Source: Candidatus Levybacteria bacterium RIFCSPHIGHO2_01_FULL_37_17 (GTDB taxonomy: Bacteria; Patescibacteriota; Microgenomatia; Levybacterales; UBA12049). Taken from it: a stretch of 64,000 bases of DNA. Below are positions 56,637 to 64,000 of this stretch, piece after piece (the stretch's first letter is position 1; every line of letters begins with the position of its first letter). A model generated the notes under the pieces. That model ran no database searches and was not told the DNA's origin. It saw only the letters and a list, made by a program, of their open reading frames with translations. The stretch spans positions 277,012 through 341,011 of the forward strand of contig MFNL01000001.1 in NCBI GenBank assembly GCA_001782035.1. Direction: 5' to 3'. The position numbers and the translations under genes are program-made.

Positions 56637-57536
56637 ATGGATGTTAGTGTTGTTATCCCAAATTACCAAGGACAAGAACTTTTAAAAAATAATCTGCCCA
56701 AGTTAATAAAAGAGCTCGAAAATTACAAGGATCTAAAAACCGAAATTATTCTGGTGGATGATGGATCAACGGATAATTCGGTTAATACAGCAAAAAGTTT
56801 TCCTCGAGTTAAAGTTTTGCAAAACGAAAAAAACTCCGGTTTTTCAACAACCGTAAATAAAGGCGTGAGGCAGGCAAAGGGAAAAATTCTCTTGCTTCTA
56901 AATACAGACGTCTATCCGGAAAGTGGATTTTTAACTCCTCTTCTTAAACACTTTAGGGATGAAAGTATTTTTGCTGTAGGATGCATGGATAAAAGTAATG
57001 AGGGAAGGGGAATGGGTTTATGGAGAAGAGGGTTCTTAGTGCACCAAAAAGGAGAGATAGATAAAAACGATACGTTATGGGTTAGTGGAGGAAGCGGAGC
57101 ATTCAGGAAGTCTATCTGGGATAAATTAGGAGGTTTAAGACAAATCTATAGCCCGTTTTACTGGGAAGACATAGACCTTTCTTATAGAGCACAAAAAGCC
57201 GGTTACAAAGTTTTGTTTGAGAAAGACAGCGTTGTTTATCACGAACACGATAAGGGCGCTATAAAGAAAAAATTTTCAGCAGGGTTTGTAAGAGGCATAG
57301 TTTTTAGGAATCAATTTATATTTGTCTGGATAAACTTAACAGACAGAAATTTAATGGTTGGGCATTTCCTATGGCTTCCTTATCATTTTGTTAAAACACT
57401 TTTAAATTTAGATTTTGCTTTTTATCTTGGCTTTTTCAAGGCATTGTTAAAACTTCCGGAGGTTTTAAAAGTAAGGGAGGAAAACAAAAAACTGTTTAAA
57501 CTTACAGACAGAGCAGTTGTTGAAAGGTACAGTTGA
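56637..57536 (+). CDS. GT2 glycosyltransferase
   Basis: VSVVIPNYQG...IILVDDGSTDNS, DxD (NTDV / EDID), 299 aa. Confidence 0.8.
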   Translation: MDVSVVIPNYQGQELLKNNLPKLIKELENYKDLKTEIILVDDGSTDNSVNTAKSFPRVKVLQNEKNSGFSTTVNKGVRQAKGKILLLLNTDVYPESGFLTPLLKHFRDESIFAVGCMDKSNEGRGMGLWRRGFLVHQKGEIDKNDTLWVSGGSGAFRKSIWDKLGGLRQIYSPFYWEDIDLSYRAQKAGYKVLFEKDSVVYHEHDKGAIKKKFSAGFVRGIVFRNQFIFVWINLTDRNLMVGHFLWLPYHFVKTLLNLDFAFYLGFFKALLKLPEVLKVREENKKLFKLTDRAVVERYS

Positions 57537-57564
57537 TGAATCCCGTTAAAGACGGAATTAGCTT

Positions 57565-58275
57565 ATGAAGTTATCCATTATCATTCCTGCTTTTAACGAA
57601 GAAAAAACAATTGTGCAGGCAATTAAACGTGTTGTAGAACAAAAAATAGATGGTGTGCAAAAAGAAGTAATAGTAGTAGACGACGGGTCAACAGATAATA
57701 CAGTGTTTAAGATTAAAGATCTAAGATCTAAGATTAAAGGTATAAAATTTTTCCAGCATAAAGAAAATTCAGGAAAGGGAGCTGCAGTTAGAACAGGAAT
57801 AAAAAACGCTAAAGGTAATTATATTCTTATTCAGGATGCAGATTTAGAATATCATCCTAAATATATAAATGATCTTATTAAGCCTATTGTGGGGAAAAAA
57901 GCAGATGTAGTTTATGGTACAAGAATAAAAAGATTCCCGAATTTAAAAGGGGAGGAAAAGACCTTGCAATTTCTGACACACTATTTAGGCAACAGATTTT
58001 TAAGTTTGGTAACGAGTATTTTATATGGGCAGTGGATTACAGATATGGAAACAGGCTATAAGCTTTTTCCTAAAAATGCGTTTTCAAAATTTACAATTCT
58101 AGCTAAAGGTTTTGAATTTGAACCTGAAATAACGGCTAAGCTGATGAAATCAGGGCACAAGATTTTAGAAATTCCGATAAAAACAGTTCCTAGAGGTTAC
58201 AATGAAGGAAAAAAGATTGATACAATAAAAGATGGATTAAAAGCATTAGTGCATTTAATTAAATATAGATTCTAA
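57565..58275 (+). CDS. GT2 polyprenol-phosphate glycosyltransferase (DPM1/CsbB-like)
   Basis: LSIIIPAFNEEKTI...VIVVDDGSTDNT, DAD (QDADLEY), 236 aa. Confidence 0.8.
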   Translation: MKLSIIIPAFNEEKTIVQAIKRVVEQKIDGVQKEVIVVDDGSTDNTVFKIKDLRSKIKGIKFFQHKENSGKGAAVRTGIKNAKGNYILIQDADLEYHPKYINDLIKPIVGKKADVVYGTRIKRFPNLKGEEKTLQFLTHYLGNRFLSLVTSILYGQWITDMETGYKLFPKNAFSKFTILAKGFEFEPEITAKLMKSGHKILEIPIKTVPRGYNEGKKIDTIKDGLKALVHLIKYRF

Positions 58276-58277
58276 AG

Positions 58278-59936
58278 ATGTTTAAAAAATTTCTAAATTG
58301 GAAACTGTTGCTTTTTTCGATTACGATATTAGCGGCAATATTGCGATTTTATCAGTTGGGAAGTAATCCCCCTTCTTTAACATGGGACGAAGTGGCATGG
58401 GGATACAATGCTTACTCATTATCAGTAGATGCAAAAGATGAATTTGGAAAATTTCTTCCCATAACATATCTTGAGTCTTTTGGCGATTTTAAACCTCCGG
58501 CTTACGCTTATTTAACAGTAATACCGGTAATGTTTTTTGGTCTTAGCGAATTTGCTGTAAGGTTTCCTTCAGCACTTTTTGGAACGTTAACGGTTCTTCT
58601 TACTTACTTCTTAGTTATTCGTATTTTCCCAAATTCCAAGAACAAGGAATTAGTAGCAATATTATCTGCTCTTTTTCTTGCCATATCGCCTTGGCATATT
58701 ATGCTCTCCCGTGCTGCTTTTGAAGCAAACGTTGCCAACTTTTTTATAGTAACAGGAATATGGGCCTTTTTAGGTGGAGTACAAGGAAAAAAATGGCTTT
58801 TGCTTGTCTCAGCGGTTTCTTTTGCCTTGTCCTTTTACGCTTTTAATACTGCAAGAATTATTTCGCCTCTTTTGGTAATTCTTCTTGCATTTGTTTTCAG
58901 GAAAAGATTGTTCGAGCTAAAAAAAACCACACTTTATTCAATATTACTTGGACTTATAATTGTTGTCCCATTAGTGCCATTTTTATTTACTCCACAAGCA
59001 CAGCTTCGGTTTAAAGAAGTTAATATTTTTACAGATTCACAGGTGATTGAAACCGCAAATAAGTATATAGAGCAAAACGGTGGAGCAGCATGGTCAAACA
59101 TAATGCATAACAGAAGAATTTTATTCTCTCTTGAGTATGTTAAGCATTATCTCGACCATTTTTCTCCTGCATTTCTTTTTATAAGCGGAGATGAGAATCC
59201 TAAGTTTTCAGTTCAAGATGTCGGACAGATGTACATTTGGGATATTTTATTCCTTGTTACGGGTATAATTTTTCTATTCAAAAGAAAAGAAGGACTGTAC
59301 TACATAATTCCGCTTTGGTTGTTGGTAGGAATTATTCCTGCTGCAACAGCCAGAGAAACTCCACACGCACTTCGTATTGAAACAACACTTCCCACCTGGC
59401 AAATCATAACAGCTTATGGTTTTGTAGTATTTTTGGAATGGGCGAGAAAATTAAATATAAAAATTAGAGATTATAAATTAAAAGCAGCTTATGCACTTCC
59501 TCTCATAGTCTTCTTCTTTTTATTTATTAACGTTCTATACTTCCTACACAATTACTACGCGCATTATCCAAAAACCTGGTCTGGAGAGTGGCAATACGGC
59601 TATAAGGAGGCAATAGACTACGTTAAATCAGTTGAGGAAAATTACGATAAGATTGTAGTAACAACTGCTCTAGGAAGGCCGTATGCTTACTTTCTCTTCT
59701 ACAATAAAACAAATCCAGAATTATTTAGAAAAACTGCTGTTGTAGAAAGAGATCCGTTCGGTTTTGTTACAGTGAATAGTTTTGGAAAATATCATTTTTC
59801 GGGGCAATTTGATCAATTCGAACAAGACGGTGATAAAAACCTATATATAAATATTGCAGCACCTGATTCAGCTGATATTAAAAAGACTTTTTATCTATTA
59901 AATGGAAACCCTGTTTTAGTTGCGTATGAATTTTAA
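58278..59936 (+). CDS. ArnT/PMT_2-like GT-C glycosyltransferase, paralog A3
   Basis: LTWDEVAWGYNAYSLSVDAKDEFGKFLPITYLESFGDFKPPAYAY. Confidence 0.75.
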   Translation: MFKKFLNWKLLLFSITILAAILRFYQLGSNPPSLTWDEVAWGYNAYSLSVDAKDEFGKFLPITYLESFGDFKPPAYAYLTVIPVMFFGLSEFAVRFPSALFGTLTVLLTYFLVIRIFPNSKNKELVAILSALFLAISPWHIMLSRAAFEANVANFFIVTGIWAFLGGVQGKKWLLLVSAVSFALSFYAFNTARIISPLLVILLAFVFRKRLFELKKTTLYSILLGLIIVVPLVPFLFTPQAQLRFKEVNIFTDSQVIETANKYIEQNGGAAWSNIMHNRRILFSLEYVKHYLDHFSPAFLFISGDENPKFSVQDVGQMYIWDILFLVTGIIFLFKRKEGLYYIIPLWLLVGIIPAATARETPHALRIETTLPTWQIITAYGFVVFLEWARKLNIKIRDYKLKAAYALPLIVFFFLFINVLYFLHNYYAHYPKTWSGEWQYGYKEAIDYVKSVEENYDKIVVTTALGRPYAYFLFYNKTNPELFRKTAVVERDPFGFVTVNSFGKYHFSGQFDQFEQDGDKNLYINIAAPDSADIKKTFYLLNGNPVLVAYEF

Positions 59937-61581
59937 GACCTCAAGGATACTTCTTTTTCTTATTGTTTTGGTTGCAGCTGTTTTAAGACTGTGGCAGCTT
60001 GGAAGCATTCCTCTTTCACCAAACTGGGATGAGGTCTCGTTGGGTTATAATGCCTATTCAATTCTTTTGACAGGGAAAGACGAATATGCAAGTTTTCTGC
60101 CTCCGGTTCTTCGTTCTTTCGATGACTATAAGCCGGCTCTATATTCATATCTTGCGATTCCTTCAGTAGCATTTTTTGATCTCAATACATTTGCGACCAG
60201 ACTGCCATCCGCTTTATTTGGAATTATCAGTGTAGTCGCAGTTTACTTTTTAGTTAAAGAATTATTTCCAAAACTAAATCCTAAAAACAAAATTAATAGA
60301 GAAGCTTTAGCTCTTTTAAGCGCAATGTTTCTTGCGATTTCTCCCTGGGCTATTCAGTTTTCAAGGGTAGCCTATGAGGCAAATGTTGGTGTTACTTTAA
60401 ATATTCTAACAGTGTTATTTTTCCTAAAAGGACTTAAAAAGCCATACCTTTTAATGTTTAGTGCAGCCTTTGCTGCGCTTGCTATTTATGCATACCAAAG
60501 TGAAAAGGTTTTCGTGCCGCTTCTGGTTTTATTACTTGTTCTAGCTTATCGGAAGGATCTTTTTGCTGTAGGAAAAAAATATATAATTTCAGCAGCTATT
60601 CTCGGATTTTTTCTGCTTTCTCCAATGTTTTTTTATTTATCTACCAATAGCGGTGCTTTTTTAAGGGTGACAGCAACCAGTGTTTTTTCATACAAATCAG
60701 AATTTCTTCCGACTTATAATGCAAGACTTGTTGAAGACAGCCAAAGAGGCGACGCGATAGGAGCACTTCTTGAAAACAAGCGGATAGTTTACGCAAAAAA
60801 AGTTGCAGAGGGGTATCTCTCGCATTTTAGCCCGAACTGGCTTTTTACAAGTGGAGATATACAAAGACACCATGCACCAAATATGGGAAACTTATATTTT
60901 TTTGAACTTCCATTGATTCTTCTTGGCATTTATTTTTTGATCTTTGGAAACGTAAACAAAAAAACAAAACTCTTAATTTTTGGATGGCTTCTTCTTGCAC
61001 CTCTTCCTGCTTCAATAACGGTTCAGGTACCTCATTCAGTACGCACCTTAAATTTCTTGCCTACATGGCAAATTTTAACAGCTTTAGGGGTTGTTTATGC
61101 CTATCAGCTTATAAGTAATTTCCGTTTTAGAAAAATAGCGATTGGGAGCTTTTTGGTTCTTGCTGTTTTTAATGTTTTATTTTATTTAAATATGTATTTT
61201 GTTCAACTCAATTACTTTCACGGATACGAATGGCAGTACGGATGGAGACAGGCCGTTGAATATGTGAAAGAGCATGGCGGAAAATACGATCAAATACTTA
61301 TCACAGACGCAGAGCCCTTGGAAAAATCATATATGTTTTTTTTATTTTATTTGAAATATACTCCTTCGGAGTATCAGACAATAGGCAAATATAGCTCTGG
61401 AGGTTTTGAGTCTCACCATAGTTTTGACAAATATTCTTTCAGACCAATTGACTGGGAAAAAGATTCATTACTCCCTGACAGCCTTTTTATCGGAAAACCA
61501 ACTGAGATACCTGAGTCGAGAGCAATTAAAACGATCTATAATCCAGATGGCACTGCCGCTATAAGAATAGCTGGAACTTAA
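59926..61581 (+). CDS. ArnT/PMT_2-like GT-C glycosyltransferase, paralog A4
   Basis: PNWDEVSLGYNAYSILLTGKDEYASFLPPVLRSFDDYKPALYSY; start set at ATG overlapping upstream stop (ORF track 59920). Confidence 0.75.
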   Translation: MNFKTSRILLFLIVLVAAVLRLWQLGSIPLSPNWDEVSLGYNAYSILLTGKDEYASFLPPVLRSFDDYKPALYSYLAIPSVAFFDLNTFATRLPSALFGIISVVAVYFLVKELFPKLNPKNKINREALALLSAMFLAISPWAIQFSRVAYEANVGVTLNILTVLFFLKGLKKPYLLMFSAAFAALAIYAYQSEKVFVPLLVLLLVLAYRKDLFAVGKKYIISAAILGFFLLSPMFFYLSTNSGAFLRVTATSVFSYKSEFLPTYNARLVEDSQRGDAIGALLENKRIVYAKKVAEGYLSHFSPNWLFTSGDIQRHHAPNMGNLYFFELPLILLGIYFLIFGNVNKKTKLLIFGWLLLAPLPASITVQVPHSVRTLNFLPTWQILTALGVVYAYQLISNFRFRKIAIGSFLVLAVFNVLFYLNMYFVQLNYFHGYEWQYGWRQAVEYVKEHGGKYDQILITDAEPLEKSYMFFLFYLKYTPSEYQTIGKYSSGGFESHHSFDKYSFRPIDWEKDSLLPDSLFIGKPTEIPESRAIKTIYNPDGTAAIRIAGT

Positions 61582-61603
61582 GTATAATTAGTATAATAAC
61601 AGT

Positions 61604-62404
61604 ATGAAATTATCAATTGTTCTTTCAACGTTTAACGAAGAAAAAAACATGCCGGATTTTTTTGAAAACGTCAAAGATATTGCTGACGAAGTCATTTTAG
61701 TGGATGGAAGCTCTAAAGACAAAACAGTTGCAATTGCAAAGGAATACGGGGCTAAAATAAAAATTACAGATAACCCTCCAATATTTTTAATAAATAGGCA
61801 AAAAGCAATTGATATGGCAGATGATGGATGGCTTCTTAATCTAGATGCCGATGAAAGATTGTCACCAGAGCTTAAACAAGAGATAAGAGATAAGATAAAA
61901 GACATAAGTAAGCCTCTTAAATCTTCTGACTTAAATCATACTTCTGAAATCGCCGGTTACTGGATCCCCAGAAAAAATTTATTTTTAGGAAGGTTTTTAA
62001 TGAAAGGCGGACAATACCCCGACTATCAGCTAAGACTGTACAGGAAAGACAAAGTTCATTTTAAACTCGAGGACGTACACGAGCAGGCAATAGTAGAGGG
62101 TAAGACAGAATATTTACAAAACGCGATGCTGCATTATCCCTATTCTAATTTTTCCCACTATCTTAAAAAATGGAATGTTTATAATAACGCTTTAGCAGAC
62201 CAGATTACCAAAGAGCAAAAAACTAGAAATAGATTTCAAAAGGTCATCTATGGTTTTATGTACCTTTTGATAAAACCTTCCCACTGGTTGTTCACTACTT
62301 ATTTAAGGCATAAAGGTTTTATGGACGGCTGGCAGGGTTTTGTCTTCTCATTTTTTTCAGCACTTCGCTTTCCGGTTTCATACGTTTTATATTTGAGCAA
62401 ATGA
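61604..62404 (+). CDS. GT2 glycosyltransferase (YWIPRKN...PDYQLRL subfamily)
   Basis: LSIVLSTFNEEKNM...VILVDGSSKDKT, DAD (LDADER). Confidence 0.8.
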   Translation: MKLSIVLSTFNEEKNMPDFFENVKDIADEVILVDGSSKDKTVAIAKEYGAKIKITDNPPIFLINRQKAIDMADDGWLLNLDADERLSPELKQEIRDKIKDISKPLKSSDLNHTSEIAGYWIPRKNLFLGRFLMKGGQYPDYQLRLYRKDKVHFKLEDVHEQAIVEGKTEYLQNAMLHYPYSNFSHYLKKWNVYNNALADQITKEQKTRNRFQKVIYGFMYLLIKPSHWLFTTYLRHKGFMDGWQGFVFSFFSALRFPVSYVLYLSK

Positions 62405-63984
62405 GTTTTAATAAGCTTTTGAAGCACCGTTTGTTTGTGCCTGCATTATTTCTACTGGTGTTTTTAGCTGCCTTTCTTCTTAGATCCTACATGTTTATTA
62501 ACGGTGATTTTTTTTATTTGGTAGACCAGGCAAGAGACTTACTTTTGGCTAAGTCGGTTGCGGTAGATCAGGATTTAACTCTTATAGGAGGACGTACGGG
62601 CTTTGGGGGGTTGTTCCATGGAGTTTTATGGATATACGTTATAGTTCCCTTTTTTATCTTGGCGGGAGGAAACCCATATTTTAGCCTTGTTCCGCTTTTT
62701 CTTTTGGTCAATTTAGGAATTATTGTAGCCGGTTTTATTGTAGGATGGAAGCTTTATAACAAATGGATAGGATTGCTTGTTGCTTTTTTTCTCACTATAT
62801 CAGGCGAGCTTGTCGCATCTGCTCTAATTACCACCAACGCCCAGGTACTTCCCATTGTGTTTCTTTTATATCTTTTTTCAATTGTTAAATTTATCAGAGG
62901 GGAGGAAAAATATTTTGTACTTGCAATCTTTTCAATAGGGCTAGGTTTCCAATTTGAGTCAGCATTTTCTGTTCTTCTTGTGCCGGTAACTGTTTTAGCT
63001 ATTTTTTTTGCTGGAAAAATTCCGAAGATTAAATACTTATTTTTAGGGTTTCTAAGCGCTCTCTTGGCAGTATCCACTTTTATTCTTTTCGATCTAAGGC
63101 ATCAGTTCTTAATGACATCTTCTGCGTTTAGATTATTCACAAATACACATAAACCGCTTCCCGGTTACGAGGAGTATTCGGATATTATATTTAGAGTAGG
63201 TAATAGAGTAAGTGCTTTGTGGGACAGTTTTTTCTCGCCTTTATATGAAAAGAATCTTTTTTTAGAAATATTATTAATTTCTATCATCTTTTCTGCAATT
63301 TTCTTTTTAACAAGAAAAATTAGAACCTCAAAAATGGATAAGTTTGATAAAGAGTTTATTTTCCTTTTATTTTCTCCCGTCTTGATCTTTGGTTTTTATA
63401 TAATTTACCCTTTTCCTTTATGGTCTCACTATCTTCTTCCAATTGCTGTAATTTTTTCTTTTATATTAACCTTATCAATAAAAAGCATTTGGCAAACTTC
63501 ATCACTGCGTATCTTAGCTCTGGCCTTTCTTTTATTGGCAGCTTTACCGCCTTTGAATTATTTCAGTACGGTATATCTTCAAAATCAAGAATATAAATCA
63601 GTAAGCGACGGAACTTACATAAATCAAAAAAAGGTAGCAGAATGGGTTGTCGCCGACTCGATGAACAAGGGCTTCTCACATTTTGTTTATTCACCGGGCA
63701 TTCTAACTTATAATATGGATTATCTTCTTTGGTACTTTGCAAAAGAAAAAAACAGCAAACAACCCGAGAATATAAAATCAATCGATACTTATTTAATATT
63801 GTATCAGCCACGCCAGGGTGATGAAAACGCGCACATGTTTTGGAAAGAAAATGTAATTAGAACAGAAGCGATACCTGTGAGAATAAAAAGATTTGACAGT
63901 GGCATTATTGTTGAGAAAATAGACCTTTCTAAGGATAAACTAGAGGTAGACCCAAATTATTTTCAGAATTTAATTTTCAGATGA
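62401..63984 (+). CDS. polytopic membrane protein, putative GT-C-type glycosyltransferase
   Basis: 527 aa, >10 TM helices, first loop FYLVDQARDLLLAKS; ATGA overlap with upstream GT2. Confidence 0.4.
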   Translation: MSFNKLLKHRLFVPALFLLVFLAAFLLRSYMFINGDFFYLVDQARDLLLAKSVAVDQDLTLIGGRTGFGGLFHGVLWIYVIVPFFILAGGNPYFSLVPLFLLVNLGIIVAGFIVGWKLYNKWIGLLVAFFLTISGELVASALITTNAQVLPIVFLLYLFSIVKFIRGEEKYFVLAIFSIGLGFQFESAFSVLLVPVTVLAIFFAGKIPKIKYLFLGFLSALLAVSTFILFDLRHQFLMTSSAFRLFTNTHKPLPGYEEYSDIIFRVGNRVSALWDSFFSPLYEKNLFLEILLISIIFSAIFFLTRKIRTSKMDKFDKEFIFLLFSPVLIFGFYIIYPFPLWSHYLLPIAVIFSFILTLSIKSIWQTSSLRILALAFLLLAALPPLNYFSTVYLQNQEYKSVSDGTYINQKKVAEWVVADSMNKGFSHFVYSPGILTYNMDYLLWYFAKEKNSKQPENIKSIDTYLILYQPRQGDENAHMFWKENVIRTEAIPVRIKRFDSGIIVEKIDLSKDKLEVDPNYFQNLIFR

Positions 63985-64000
63985 GGTAAAATAGAAGAAT

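Noticed and set aside
1-64000. CRISPR arrays, integrases, transposases, retron/DGR reverse transcriptases
   Set aside because: There are no regularly spaced direct repeats and no YxDD RT motif set. Serine/tyrosine recombinase and DDE transposase signatures are not recognisable in any ORF. The only mobile-element-like trace is the GIY-YIG/tRNA duplication.

Overview
This 64 kb window is low-GC (~35-40%), gene-dense, and has short intergenic regions and many overlapping stop/start codons. It looks like a small-genome bacterium of the Patescibacteria/CPR type. The evidence is a DUF5679 zinc-ribbon mini-protein, a short GluRS, an archaeal-type AspRS, and a sortase with a giant LPXTG protein. This lineage call is inference only.

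The window has three parts:
(1) 1-6.6 kb: a nucleotide-sugar and lipid-linked glycosylation module. It contains Ugd, a GDP-sugar reductase-like SDR, Gmd, UDP-glucuronate decarboxylase, a GT2-GtrA fusion and an ArnT/PMT-like GT-C gene.
(2) 6.6-36.8 kb: a mixed housekeeping and accessory stretch.
- Housekeeping genes: SecDF, YqeY, CCA enzyme, RecJ, AspRS, a D-Ala-D-Ala carboxypeptidase, GluRS, DEAD-box helicase, MsrB, CorA, Lon, tRNA-Gln and tRNA-Glu.
- Small accessory loci: a C39-like peptidase, DUF5679, DUF4446/DUF3048, and a GIY-YIG gene flanked by a partial tRNA-Gln duplication next to a ParB-like nuclease.
- A sortase operon encoding a 1360-aa LPXTG adhesin.
(3) 36.9-64.0 kb: about 27 kb of almost uninterrupted + strand glycosylation genes. 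It has at least 9 GT2 genes (Dol-P/Und-P-sugar-synthase-like), 1 GT4, 5-7 ArnT/PMT_2-like GT-C genes (three as adjacent paralog pairs), two PTPS-related giant membrane proteins, a YfhO-like GT-C, a Wzx-like flippase and an FAD oxidoreductase. One GT2 gene carries a heptanucleotide tandem repeat that could drive phase variation.

The most unusual system here is this extreme concentration of paired lipid-carrier GT2 and GT-C transferase modules, presumably a combinatorial surface-glycosylation machine. The tRNA-linked GIY-YIG/ParB-nuclease islet is the second most unusual feature. No CRISPR array, integrase or transposase was seen. All family assignments come from motif recognition by eye; no searches were run.
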